From the NCBI RefSeq assembly GCF_009914755.1, contig NC_060936.1: a stretch of DNA of 64,000 nucleotides. One strand, given 5' to 3'. Under the pieces are notes generated by a model. It had not been told where the DNA came from, ran no database searches, and saw only the letters and a program-made list of their open reading frames with translations. This document shows positions 45,623 to 64,000 of the stretch, in pieces; position 1 is the first letter of the stretch; each line of letters begins with the position of its first letter. This DNA is from the human T2T-CHM13v2.0 reference genome, Homo sapiens. Both the position numbers and the translations under genes were made by a program.

Positions 45623-48399
45623 TGATCTGCCCCCCTCAGCCTCCCAAAGTGCTGGGATTACGGGCGTGAGCCACTGCACCCAGTCAGTAATTAGATTTTA
45701 ATTTTAAAAGTTTTTCTTTATTTGGGCAGAACATAGCTATCTCCCCAAAAGTCTTTCCAAGAAGAACCCAAAGTCTACAGAAGTACTTTTGTTGCTTTCT
45801 TTTTTTTTTTTTTAAAGCAATAATAGATGGACTTTTTTTTCCCAATTTAATTAATTAATTTGTTTTCTGAGACAGGGTCTCGCTATGTTACCCAGGCTGG
45901 TCCTGAACTGCTGGGCGCAAACAATCCTCCCACTTTGGCCTCCTAAAGTGCTGGAATTATAGGCATGAGCCACTGTGTCTGGTCAACTTAATAAATTATT
46001 AATTGACAAATAAACATTGCTTATTTATTTGTGGCCTGGACACAGGCCAGGCACAGTGGCTCAGGCCTGTAATCCCAACACTTTGGGAGGCCAAAGTGGG
46101 AGGATCACTTGAGGCCAGCCTGGGTGACAAAGCAAGACCCTGTCTCGAAAAAAATAAATAAATAAATAAAAAAGAATGGATACAGATTTAAAAACAAGCC
46201 CACAACTCTAAAAAACAAGGTAGTGACCGTGACCATCACTTAGGACCTTTTCTAGAGTTTGTGGACAGAAATTCTGCATGTAGAGCAGGAGAGTGTGAGA
46301 ATTAGGAGCTCAGGCTCCAAAGTGAGGCCACGTGGGTCTTAAAGTGTGGGCTTAGAGAGTGACTGAGCCTCGGTTTTCTCGCCTGTGAAAGGAGCAGGAC
46401 CCTGCATGTAAAGCTCTTAGCACAGTGGCTGTCATAGGCCACACACATGCCAGTGACACAGAAAAACACTTGTCGCGACTTATTAGGAATCACTTCCTCT
46501 TCCCTGCAACACTCCCTAACATTTCCTTTCTTCCCTTCTTCAACCCCTATGTGGGCATTAAAAAAATAATCCTCTGTTGAAATAACTGAAAAAATGGTCT
46601 CCCTGGGCCCCCAAACACACCCAGAGTCCTTAGGAGCATCCTCACTGGATCAGGGAACAGATAGGATGTTAATTCAGCCTGGTCCATGCTGCTGAAAGCC
46701 CAGAGACTTTCCCCTTTGGAAAAATGCCTGCCCCTGCAGGGCACCATCCCCTCTGCCCCCCAAAAGCAGTTCTAGGCTGCAGGCCTGGGAAGCTGTCCTT
46801 GATGGGGGGATCTGCCTGTCCTGCCTGGGCTGGCCGATCCTTAGAGAGTGGCTCTGACACCTGACCAGGACTGACAGGTGCTGTGAACCAAATGTGAATC
46901 CTTTCTGTCCATGAGTGGAGGAAGATGCTCACAGCAGAAGCCGCCATCACTATCACCTGCCTGGTTCTTTCTGTTTGGTGCAGCAGGAAGGGGAAGGCTC
47001 TATTTGGTGTTGAGTGACTACATGAATCTTGGTTGATTCTCACAATAAGGCAGGTGAGGTAGGCGAGGCTGGGTATTTTGCCCCCTTTTCTAGATGGGGA
47101 CACTGAGGTTTGGAGAGGGGAGGTGATTTGTTCAAGATCACACTGTCCATTGGTGGCAGAGTCCTGGAGCGGTGGCTCACACTGCCCATGGTGCTCTGAG
47201 TGGAGATGGTGAATGCTGATGGCTCAGATGTGTACAGCCCAACTGCATCCAGCACTGCACTCAGTGCCCCAGGGGGGATGAACTCATTGAACTCTTAACA
47301 GCCCAGCAATGATGTAGGTACCATCCTTATCCCCATTTTGCAGATGAGGAGACTGATGATCAGGGAGGGCATTTAACTTGCCCAAGGCTTCCCCAGCTTG
47401 TAAGTGGCAGAACCGACATGTGAACCCAGGTCAGTTTCCAGGGGACCAAACAAGGTGCCCGGTGACAGTTGACTTTGGCCGCCAATCATGCCTCAATATA
47501 GCGGAAGAACTGGCCTGGAGCCGGGGATCTTGGTTGGTCCCAGTCTTTGGCTCTGTGGCTAATTGCACATGTGACCTCCTGGCCACCATTTGCTCATCTA
47601 CAACACAAGCACACTGGACTCGATGATCCCTGTGCTTCCCCGCATTCAGCTGTAGGTTGCAGCAGGTGGCTTTTGAGAAACACTCTGATCTGTGACACCC
47701 CAGATCTACAGGCCGAGTGCAGGTGAAGGTGTCCACCAGTCAGCCTCTTACGCCCCAGCAGCCACACTTGGCCTGTCCCCATCAGTTTAATTATCTCTGA
47801 ATTTGCAAAAGGACATTGCGCCACTTGCTGAAGGGCCCCTGACCACCCCCTCTTTGTCCCGATACTGTTGCTTCTCTTTCCTGCCTGGGCTGACCTGTGT
47901 GTCCAGCTGGCCATTCGTGCCCAGTATAGCCAAACACAAGTTGTGCTGAGTCTCACCCTCCCTTCTGGACAGGCGTCTGACAGATGAACCCCTTGGAACA
48001 TCTGTCGATGCTGTTTTCCTGTCTACCCAGGGCTGTTGCGATTACAGGACTGTTTAAAGCCTGTACCAGAGATGGAGAGTTGGGCAAGAGGGCAATTGCA
48101 TGAGCAGTGAAGTAGGGCTAAGTACAGAAATGTGGCAAGCTGGAGGGAGGTGGTCCTCAAGCCCACGAAGCCCCTGGGAGCACAGATAGCCTCTTAACTA
48201 CCTAAGCTTGAGGTCAGGAGAAGGCTGAGTGAGGACCTTTGAAATGGCTTAAATTTATGGGTGACAGATAAAGGCATGCTGCACTGCCAACTTGGGGGAA
48301 CGCTCACCCATGTCGGAGTGCTGGCCGGTCCAAGCCCCACCCCCATGGCCTGATGCACGCCACCAGCCTCCCGCTGAAAGGTGACACTCTGCCAGCTGG

Positions 48400-48473
48400 G
48401 TTCCCTTAGTCACCCTGTGGGCGCCTGTCAGCCTCACTCAAGAATGGAGCTGGTGGCTGCATCCCCAGTGACG
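48400..48473 (+). other. ACACB: Probable ACACB alternative leader exon (promoter II/exon 1b type; 5' end approximate)
   Basis: Perfect donor ACG|GTAAGT at 48474. Upstream are SRE-like CTCACCCAT (48303), CACCC box, E-box CAGCTG (48393) and DR1/HNF4-like GGACCTTTGAAAT (48233). Confidence 0.55.
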
Positions 48474-49200
48474 GTAAGTGGCAACAAGTGCTGGGGAGTT
48501 AATCTTGGTGGGAGGAAAAATCCAAGCATGGATGGGGATTGCTGGATGCTGACATTCTGTCCCCTCTGTCCTTTAAAAACCTCACCAGGCATGGGGATGA
48601 GTGTGCTGTGGGTTGTGGAGGGACTGGAAAACAGACTCCTGACTCCCGTCCTTGCCCTGCCCTTGCCTGGTGACTGGCCAGCACTTACCAGGACTGAGCA
48701 GTTTCTCGTGTTCATTGTGGTGAAGGCCACGATCACTCTTTCAACAGGCAGCTGTTGCTTGGGTTAGGTTTGCAAGACATAAAAATAGCTTTGTCTGGCA
48801 TCTGGTTTTCGGGTCCGCTGGGTTATTTCAGCGAAGGGCAGCAGCTTGTCATGATAGCGTCCACAGAGGTTCACTGGAAGGGCTCGTCTGGCCTTCCCTG
48901 CTCATGGAATCAAACTGCGTGATCGGTGCTCATTCTTGACCACGGCCCCCCCACGCCACCGTCTGGCACCGTTAGTTTGCATGTCGATCTGCGGCTGTGT
49001 CTTAAAGGTACACAGCCAGGTGTCTGTCTGTTTTTAGGATCATATCTACGCACTCCTTGTACCACCTGCTGCCTTATGGAATTTACTTATCTCCACTGCA
49101 GTGGTGGGACAGTGGAAAAGGTATGAGCAAGGGAAAGTTACTGATCCACAGTTTACCAAGCTGTAAAATGGAAGTCAAATAGTGACAATGACAATAATAA

Positions 49201-49548
<348 letters not shown>

Positions 49549-50256
49549 TGAGGGTCTTGGGAGCTTGAAGACACTCCACAAATTTGATGGCTTGTATGTG
49601 TGGTTGCTATATAGGTACAGATGTTATGCAGAGAGCAGCAGTGAGGTGAATGGGGTGAGAATTCGTATCCCCATTTTATAGATGAGGAAACTGAGGCTCA
49701 GAGAGTTTCTTCTGTAGCTTTCTCAAACAGTCCTCCGATTTGTCTCTGTGTATTCACTTGGGAAAAGTTCTTGTGTGGGGTGACCTTTGGGTCCCACGTC
49801 ATTATTCCGCAAAGAAAAGGGAAAGGCTGTGAGGTTTTTCATGTAGGTAACCCTGGCAAGGAAGGTTTGGGGGATTAGATCCAACAGAATAACAGATTGT
49901 AAAGGATTTGCAGAGTGAGAGAAGGGCTGAACTGGGGAGAAGAGCTGGCCACTGCATTCGTCAGAGCCTCCGCTGTACAACTTGCAGCTTTACCTGCCAT
50001 CCCTCTATCACCTGCCGTGCGTGTGTCTAACCATCTTGCCCATTGACTCATCCACTCACCTTCTCTCTCCACACACCACCTACTCATCCTTCTATCCGTA
50101 GTTAATCAGCCATCCATTTGTCCAGCCAGCCAGGATTTTCTAAGCAAGTTCCTGAAGAACTTATATCATGTAAAACTTGCATAATTTGATTGGCTTTCCA
50201 ACAGGAATCAATGTAAACAATGTATTCTCACACCTCATAATTCACAACCATTGTAG

Positions 50257-50578
<322 letters not shown>

Positions 50579-50830
50579 TGATGCTGCACTTTTCTAAGCA
50601 ATAATTCAAGTATTTTTTAACTGGGGTAGAGGGATGCCCACCCTATCAATTTTATGCACCTGCTGTTTCTTATATCTCACAATTTCAAATGCACACATTT
50701 AAAATTTGCCTAAGATTGGTCGCATTTGTATGAGTTGTTCTCTTCAGCCCTTTCTTTCAAAACTGTCATGGAGATACTTGGCTCATTCTCTTGGTGTTCC
50801 TGAATGCAGTTTCAGAAATGAAAACTTTAA

Positions 50831-51196
<366 letters not shown>

Positions 51197-51771
51197 TGAA
51201 TGACACTTGGTCTATGTCCCCAAGCACCACCCAGTCGGTCAGGGAGAACAGACAACCGAACAAGCCACTTCCATGCCATGTTTTCTGTGTCATCATGATG
51301 GAAGTCTGTACCCAGGCCTCCCAGGCCAGGATGGACTGGGCAAAGAGCCCCAAGGGAGTGGACTGCCGAATTTCTAAAGCATTTGGCCACTGTGGCCAGC
51401 AGAGGGCATGAGAGGGAGTGGCCATTCAGCAGGGGTCAGGTTTAGAGGGCCCCGTATGCCCTCCTTTCCTGGGGAGGATGTAGGATTTAATCTGTTGGGC
51501 CTCTGGGGAAGCCGGGATAGCTTTTGCAACATTTTTGGCAATGTTCTCTGGCTGTTGTTAATTTCAAAATTTTTCCTGAGGGCATGTGTGAGCCAGCTGT
51601 TTCAGGACTCGGACCTTTCTTGCAGACAATTTTAAAGATTTTCTTGAGAATTTACTATGCACAAGAGAAATAGTAATAGTATGAAATAGACTTTGTCCCC
51701 AGAGGTTCCTAGCTCACCATTCAGAGGCAAAAGGAGACGGGAAGGCAAGGACTAGGCAGAGGAGTTGAGAC

Positions 51772-51989
51772 CAGAGATTCACAACCAAAGGGCAGTTTTG
51801 CCTCCCATGGGACATTTGTCAATGTCTGGAGATGTTTTGGTTGTCCCAGCTGATGGAGGTAGATGCTACTGGCATCAAACAGGCAGAGGTCAAGGGTGTT
51901 GCTCTACATACTATAATGCACAGGACAGCCCCCACCACAAAGAATTTTCCAACCCTAAATATCAGTAGTGCCATGGTTGAGAAATCCTG
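51772..51989 (+). mobile_element. MER20
   Basis: Colinear with the copy at 1228; ends ggttgagaaatcctg. Confidence 0.8.
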
Positions 51990-52029
51990 GGGTAAGAACA
52001 AGGCTTGGGCATCAGAAAGATACCCATAG

Positions 52030-54190
<2,161 letters not shown>

Positions 54191-54490
54191 TGACATTGAG
54201 CCACCCTTGACTGACTTTTCTTTAAAAAAAACACATGATGATCTTGAAAGGAAAAAACCCCTCTGACCCTGTGTACTACCTAGAAAATAGCCTTGGCAAC
54301 ATATCAGCAAATTCTGCTGCTGAAAGTGTGTAAGAAGTACTTGGATTGTTTAGTTCTGGGAAATATTGAGAACTTTTCCACTTCCTTTAAAAACATTGTG
54401 TTGAAATTTAAAAAGAAAAAGCTTTATGGCAGGGCGCAGTGTCTCACGCCTGTAATCCTAGCACTTTGGGAGGCAGAGGTGGGCGGATCA

Positions 54491-54670
<180 letters not shown>

Positions 54671-55924
54671 CTATGCTCCCACCTGGGCGACAGGGTCAGA
54701 TTCTGACTCAAAAAAAAAAAAAGGATTTTTAGATACCAAATTGACCTGCTGAGCTTTGTGGTCCACTTTTGTAATGCTTCTAGTATATAATTGTGGCAAA
54801 ATTGGTTCAGAAATTTCAACACATAGAGAGAGGTCCCATTTAAAAATTTTTTTTGAAATAGGGTCTCACTCTGTTGTCCAGGCTGGAGTGCAGTGGTGCC
54901 ATCTTAGCTCATTTCAACCTCTGCCTCCTGGGCTTTTCTTTTCTTTTTCTTTTTTTTTTTGTTTTTGAGACCAAGTCTCACTCTGTTGCCCGGGCTGGAA
55001 TGCAGTTGCATGATCTCAGCTCACTGCAACCTCCACCTCCAGGTTCAAGTGATTCTCATGCCTCAGACTCCCGAGTAGCTGGAATTACAGGCACCCACCT
55101 CCATGCCCAGCTAATTTTTGTATTTTTATTTTTAGTACAGACAGGGCTTCACCATGTTGGCCAGGCTGGTCTCAAACTCCCAACCTCAGGTGATCTGCCC
55201 GCCTCAGCCTCCCAAAGTGCTGGGATTACAGGCATGAGCCACCGCACTGGGCTCATTTTTAAAACAAGATTTCCTTCAAATAACAATGATCTACTCATTA
55301 GTAGGGCAGAGTTAGGGTGATAGAAAGAGGTGTGGCTTAGAGATTGGAATACCTGGGTTCATTCTTTCAATACACACTTGTAAGCCCTCATTGCATACCA
55401 GGCACTGGTCTAGACCCTGCAACAGAAAACAGTCTCCCGAGGCTTGTTGGGCTTCTATGCTAGTTGTAAGCATACCCCACACTGGGGATGATGGCGCCCT
55501 TCCTCCCTCCAGGGCCATGATGGTGACTGACTATATGATAATAATACTAGAATGATGATGATGATGACAGAAGCAACAATTCCCTTTCATTTATAAAGTG
55601 GAATATAATTAAGAGTCTTTAAAAAAAAAAAAATAACAGCTTTGGCTGGGCGCGGTGGGTCACGTCTGTAATCCTAGCACTTTGGGAAGCCAAGGTCAGG
55701 AGTTAGAGAGCAACCTGGTCAACATGGTGAAATTCTGTCTCCACAAAAATACAAAAATTAGCTAGGCATGGTGGTGCATGCCTGTAGCCCAAGCTACTCA
55801 GGAGGCTGAGGCAGAATTGCTTGAACCCAGGAGGCGGAGTTTGCAGTGAGCAGAGATTGCGGCACTGCACTCCAGCCTGGGCAACAAAGGGAGACTGCAT
55901 CTCAAAACAAAAAAACAAAAAAAC

Positions 55925-56230
55925 CCCAGCTTTATTGAGAGATAATTCACATGGCATACAATCCACTCATGTAAAGGACAAGTCAATGTTTTTTAACTGT
56001 ATTCACAGAGCTGTACAACCATCACCTCAATCTGCTTTAGAACATTTTCATCATCCCAAACAGAAACCCTACACTCTGTAGCCATCATCCCCATCCCACT
56101 AGGTCCTGGCAACCACTAATCTGTTTTCTGTCTCTCAAGATTGGCCTGTTCTGCACACTTCATATACTTGGAATCGTATAATATGTGACCTTTTGTGATT
56201 GGCTTCTTTAACTTAGCAGTTTTCAAGGTT
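55925..56230 (-). mobile_element. L1MB-like 3' end
   Basis: cagctttattgagagataattcacat...ctggcaaccactaatctg...ggcttctttaacttagca. Confidence 0.7.
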
Positions 56231-56456
56231 CTTCCTTGAACCTTGGCAGGAAACTAAGATCCAGAGGGGTGAAGGAATATGTCCAAGCCTGTTTCAGGCA
56301 GAGCAGGGAGGAGAACCCCATCTCTCCCCTCGTCCAGTATTTCAGGAATACACAGCACCCCAACAGCCTCCTGCCCCACTAGCTTCTTTAGGAGAGAAAT
56401 CACTTGATTATGTAAATCCTAAAATGTCTCTCCTTTTCTCCTTACAGATTTTCTGA

Positions 56457-57109
56457 ATGGTCTTGCTTCTTTGTCTATCTTGTCTGATTTTCTCCTGTCT
56501 GACCTTTTCCTGGTTAAAAATCTGGGGGAAAATGACGGACTCCAAGCCGATCACCAAGAGTAAATCAGAAGCAAACCTCATCCCGAGCCAGGAGCCCTTT
56601 CCAGCCTCTGATAACTCAGGGGAGACACCGCAGAGAAATGGGGAGGGCCACACTCTGCCCAAGACACCCAGCCAGGCCGAGCCAGCCTCCCACAAAGGCC
56701 CCAAAGATGCCGGTCGGCGGAGAAACTCCCTACCACCCTCCCACCAGAAGCCCCCAAGAAACCCCCTTTCTTCCAGTGACGCAGCACCCTCCCCAGAGCT
56801 TCAAGCCAACGGGACTGGGACACAAGGTCTGGAGGCCACAGATACCAATGGCCTGTCCTCCTCAGCCAGGCCCCAGGGCCAGCAAGCTGGCTCCCCCTCC
56901 AAAGAAGACAAGAAGCAGGCAAACATCAAGAGGCAGCTGATGACCAACTTCATCCTGGGCTCTTTTGATGACTACTCCTCTGACGAGGACTCTGTTGCTG
57001 GCTCATCTCGTGAGTCTACCCGGAAGGGCAGCCGGGCCAGCTTGGGGGCCCTGTCCCTGGAGGCTTATCTGACCACAGGTGAAGCTGAGACCCGCGTCCC
57101 CACTATGAG
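56457..57109 (+). CDS. ACACB: ACACB (acetyl-CoA carboxylase 2) first coding exon
   Basis: Acceptor tctccttacag ends at 56447 and ATG is at 56457. [30 protein letters not shown]... has a hydrophobic anchor then a hydrophilic extension with [13 protein letters not shown]. Donor AG|GTAATG at 57110; ends ...RVPTMR, just before the AMPK site Ser222. Confidence 0.96.
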
Positions 57110-57266
57110 GTAATGTGCATTTTCTCCTTGTAACTGAGGAGTGCAGAGTTCAGGTGGGGTCCACACCCTTCCCAACCTGTGCCCACCTTGATCAAGCTGT
57201 TTGCTGATGCCAAAGCTTCAAGGGTGGCTATGCACAAAAGGAGAAGACACGAGCCTTCTCAGAAGT

Positions 57267-57378
57267 TTCCTTCCTTCCTTCCTTCCTTCTTTCCTTCCTT
57301 CCTTCCATCCTTCCTTCCTTCCTTCCTTCCTTCCTTCCTTCCTTCCTTCCTTCCTTCCTTCCTTCCTTCCTTCCTTCC
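57267..57378. repeat. (TTCC)n/(GGAA)n microsatellite, ~28 units
   Basis: 17 uninterrupted TTCC units at 57311-57378. Confidence 0.97.
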
Positions 57379-57538
57379 CTCCTTTCAAAATCATTCCTTG
57401 AGGCTGGGCACAGTGGCTCATGCCTGTAATCCCAGCACTTTGGGAGGCCAAGGCAGGCAGATCACTTGAGGTCGGGAGTTTAAGACTAGCCTGGCCAACA
57501 TGGTGAAACTCCGTTTCTACTAAAAATACAAAAATTCA

Positions 57539-57706
<168 letters not shown>

Positions 57707-58979
57707 TCATTCCTTGTGCATCTACTGCATGCACAGGGCTCGATGCCATGAAACTGACTTTCTAGAAGACCTCAGCCTAGTTGGGGAAGATGACCTTGTG
57801 TTTAGTTATAATTTAAGCTGAATGAGCCAAGGCTGGCAAGAGCCACAAGTGATGATGGTAGTCTAGAGGGAGGGGCAGTTCTCTCTGCCTCCTGAAGAGA
57901 CATTGATTCATTCATTCTTTTTTTTTTTTTTTTTTTTTTTTGAGACAGGGTCTTACTCTGTCACTCTGTTAGCTGAGTGTACTGGTAGGATCATAGCTCA
58001 CTACAACCTCAAACTCCCGGGCTCAAGCAATCCTCCCACCTCAGTGCACTCCTGGGTAGCTGGGACTACAGGTGTGCACCACCACACCTAGCTAATTTTT
58101 AAATTTTTTATAGAAATGGGAATCTCACCATATTGCCCAGGCTGGTCTCCAACTCCTGGACTCAAGCGATCCTCGGTCTCCCAAAGTGCTGGGATTACAG
58201 GCATGAGCCACCACACCCAGCCCATTCATTCATTCATTCATTCAGCAGGTAACTGACAACTGAAAAACCAGCCTTCCCCCAGTGATGCCTGAAAAGCAGA
58301 AACTCAAACACTCTAAAGGTCTCCATCAATTTGATTGTTGGAAATGAATGCCTGTAGGTTCATAACAGGTGGGACTATCCCAGCGGCTGCAGTCAGTGGC
58401 TTTGTTGTTGATGTTGTTGTTATCCACCTTCTCCTCTGCCATCCCCAAATTACAAATGGAATACAGCACTTCCAGGTAGAAAATTTGGGAAATATAGGAG
58501 AACAGAGAGAAGAAAAGAGCCACCAACCAAAACTTCACCAGCCAGAGGGAAACCTCTGTTCTCATTGTTCTACTTCTTCCTTCTAGTGTGTTTTTCTCCT
58601 CTGGAGTGAAGTTTTACTGGCTATTCTTTTAAGCATCTCCTGTACTCTCTCCCAAATTAGAAAAATCTAGAGGTGGTCTTCCATACATGTCCATGTTAGC
58701 AGTGAGCTTGGTTTTAACCCTGGTAGCTGGAAGTAGAAGACAGAGAAAAAGGAGGAGGAAAGTATTCCATATACTGAAACTTTTCAGGGGAAGAGTGTTT
58801 GAGTTTCTAGAAGGGTTAAGGGAAGAGAAAGTCTCAGAATCTAGTACAAAGAGCACAGTCTGTGGAGTCAGCTGGAGTGGGGTTCAGTCTTTGGCTCTGC
58901 CACCCCCTACTGTGTGACCTTGGGCATGACCCTTCACCTCTCCAGGCCCCAGTACCTCTGTAAAATGTGGAAGGGATTA

Positions 58980-59150
<171 letters not shown>

Positions 59151-59528
59151 CTATAGTTCTAGCTACTTGAGAGGCTGAAGCAGGAGGGTCACTTGAGCCC
59201 AGAAGTTTGTGGTTATAGTGAGCTATAATTGTGCCACTGCACTCCAGCCTGGGCAACAGAGCAAGACTCTGTCTCAAAATAAAAAAACAAAAAAGAATGT
59301 ATCAAACCAACAAACTTATAACATGATTATTATTATTACTATTTCCTGAGTCTTGGATGCCAAAATAGTCGTGAAGATTAAATGAACTAATATTTCTCAG
59401 GTACTTGGCAAGAGAATAAAGCATCCATATTTGGTAGATAATAAATAGAAAGGGGGGCAAGTCTCCCACCTTTCCACCCACTGTCTTCCTGCCACCATTT
59501 TGAGGGGTCTTTACTGGTTTGAGCTTAA

Positions 59529-59888
<360 letters not shown>

Positions 59889-60100
59889 TAGCCTACTTAA
59901 CTATCTTTCATAGGGAAAATGAAACCAAAATGTTGAGTGAATTTCCTGCCCTCGTGTCTTCATGGCATAGAAACCTAACATTGTAGATCAATCTTTTATC
60001 CTTACTTTGTCCCAGCAAACAGCTGGCAGGAGGGACAGAGGGATCTTGGAAAGGCAGTGAATGTGGAGCTGAATGACATTGTAGGATTGTGGGCGATTCA

Positions 60101-60611
<511 letters not shown>

Positions 60612-61185
60612 TCAGAGTTGAGAATTTAGAATTTTAGCACCCAGGGGCAATGCGGGTGGTTCTGCTGGCACCTCCTGAGACACTGGCACTTCCTCAAGGA
60701 ACATTCCCAGCCCCAGGATCAGGGGCTTCTGACAGAGAAGACTCATGTGTGCTTGTTGTTTCTAATGAACTGTAGTGAGAATCCCACATCAAAGAATCTT
60801 CAGGGAGTCAAGCCTTAGACATGTGTGCTGGTGCCTGCTGCCTCTGGTGTTTGACTGGATGAAAAAATTATGTCCAAACCTGGTGTTCCAGCCTGTTGGA
60901 AACAACGCATATCAAAATGAGGCTGAGGTCCAGCATGGTGACTCACGCGTTTGGGGAGACTGAGGTGGGAGGATCCCTTGAGCCCAGAAGTTTGAGAGCA
61001 GCCTGGGCAACATAATGAGACCCTGTCTCTACAAAAAATAAAAATAAAAAATAAAATGAGGCCAGGTAAGGTGGCTCACACCTGTAATCCTAGTACTTTG
61101 GGAGGCTGAGGTGGGTGGATTGCCTGAGCTCAGGAGTTCAAGACCAGCCTGGGCAACATGGTGAAACCCCATCTCTATTAAACTA

Positions 61186-61302
<117 letters not shown>

Positions 61303-61557
61303 CTACACTCCAGCATGGGCAACAGAGTGAGACTCTGTCTCAATAAATAAATAAATAAATAAAATGAGGCTGAGCATTTTATTATCTTGTAGAGCTTTTG
61401 GCTTTGGATTTTGGCATCTTTGGGATCCTTGGTAGCCTGGTGTTTGCTGGTTACCCATTGACTCTTTTGCACACATACAGGCAGGGTAGTAATACCTCTT
61501 CCCTGGTGTTCACAGGTCAACACCCAAGCAGTTTTGGGTGTGGGCCATGGAAGGTGG

Positions 61558-62330
<773 letters not shown>

Positions 62331-62339
62331 AAAATTTTG

Positions 62340-62580
62340 TTTTAATTTTTTAGATTTGGGGGGTACAAGTTCAGTTTTGTCACTTGGATATAATTCCCAG
62401 TGGTGAAGCCTGGGCTTTTACGAGCCATTGCTTGCATAGTGTACATTGTATCTATTAGGTAATTTGTCATTCCTTACCCCTTCCCACCATGCCACCTTTC
62501 CAAATCTCCAGTATCTATTATTCTACTCTTTAGGTCCATGTGTACACTTTATTTAGCTCCACTTATAAGTGAGAACAAGC
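62340..62580 (-). mobile_element. L1PB-like 3' end
   Basis: gggggtacaagt...gtgtacattgta...atttagctccacttataagtgagaaca. Confidence 0.7.
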
Positions 62581-62932
62581 ATAAATTATATTTAAGGGTG
62601 GTGCATGCAGGCCAGCCAGCCAGTTGCCTGTAACCAGCTGGAGCACTGAGGAAAGGAAGCCTGACCCAAAAAGGCAAATACAGTGAGCAAGAATCCCTGT
62701 TAGCTGAATCCAGGAACTCCTTCTGAAAAAAAATATTATTTTTCTTGAGGCCAGGCACGGCAGGTCATGCCTGTAATCCCAGCACTTTGGGAGGCCGAGG
62801 GGGGCGGATCACAAGGTCAGGAGTTTGAGACCAGCCTGGCCAACACGGCAAAACCCCATCTCTACTAAAAAAAAAAAAAAATAGAAAAATTAGCTGGGCG
62901 TGGTGGCAGGTGCCTGTAATCCCAGCTCTTCA

Positions 62933-63160
<228 letters not shown>

Positions 63161-64000
63161 CTAGTCCTTCCAGACAGGATCCAACCCTTGCCCCATTTCC
63201 AAGACAAACAACTAAGGCCTGGGAGAAGAGGCCAGGGGTATTTATTTGAGGGTTCTGACTCACGTGGAAGCCACAGTGAAGAAGTGACTTGTATTTGTGG
63301 ATCTGCTTCTGCTCTCTGCAGTTTCCTTGGGCAGTCACTTCACTGCTGCTCTGCCCTGGAAGGCCACTTCCTACATTCACCTCTTCCTGCCAGGCCAGTA
63401 GCTGGGAGACTGGCAAGGCAAGGATGGAAAATGCTTGTGTTAAGTCTGTGATTTGGGAGGAAGCTCTTTCTGAAGCAGTCTTCAAGGGGCTGTCTCCTTC
63501 CTGCAGTGCCCAGAGCATCCCAGAGTTCTCACAACTGTGTTCCTGTTTTGGGAGTTCGCACTGGGTTCCCTCTGAACTGGAACACTCTCTTTCTCCCAAC
63601 CCCTGAACCCAGACCTCCCACCAGGGCCAGCTTCACAGGCATGCCCTGTGCTTCAAGGGACCCCGTGCTTGTTTTGACGCTTTGTTGTCGCCGTCTTGAG
63701 ATTCTTTTTTATTTTGTTTTTTGAGACATGATCTTGCTCTGATACCCAGGCTGGAGTGCAGTAGCATGGTCATGGCTCACTGCAGCTTTGACTTCCTGGG
63801 CTCAAGTGATCCTCCCGTCTCAGCCTCCTGACTAGCTGGGACTACAGGCACGTGCCACCACAGCTGGCTAATTTTTTTATTTTTGGTAAAGATGAGGTTT
63901 TGCCATTTTGCTCAGGCTGGTCGGAATCTCATGAGCTCAAGCAATCTGCCCACCTCGGCCTCCCAAAGTACTGGGATTACAGGAATAAGCCACTGCACCC

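Noticed and set aside
48340-48362. Possible ChoRE in the putative ACACB promoter II
   Set aside because: catggc-N-cacg spacing does not fit two E-box-like hexamers separated by 5 nt.
57179-57469. PSFL/EGRK repeat ORFs
   Set aside because: Translation of the (TTCC)n microsatellite.

Overview
Human (or very close great-ape) genomic DNA, recognisable as the chr12q24.11 block USP30(3' end,+) >< ALKBH2(-) <> UNG(+) > ACACB(5' end,+). Identification rests on translated exons joined at GT-AG junctions. ALKBH2 joins to 786 nt (261 aa), UNG2 to 942 nt (313 aa) and UNG1 to 915 nt (304 aa). The rest is very Alu-dense, with MER20, MER58, Tigger MITEs, MaLR/ERV LTRs, old L1/L2/MIR and simple repeats. Almost all other ORF-track entries are Alu-derived, simple-repeat or GC-rich antisense ORFs. 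I see no new protein-coding gene or prokaryote-type system. The best candidate for undescribed biology is translational. The putative ACACB leader exon ending at 48473 carries a strong-Kozak uORF that, after splicing, stops at the TGA directly abutting the weak-context main ATG (TGAATG). A better-context Met26 lies just after the hydrophobic mitochondrial anchor, which suggests a promoter-dependent ACC2 localisation switch. Other notable items: the ALKBH2 poly(A) signal overlaps its stop codon, there are two AG|GT recursive-splice-like motifs, and several fold-back palindromes. Repeat family names are from memory of consensus sequences and need RepeatMasker/Dfam confirmation.
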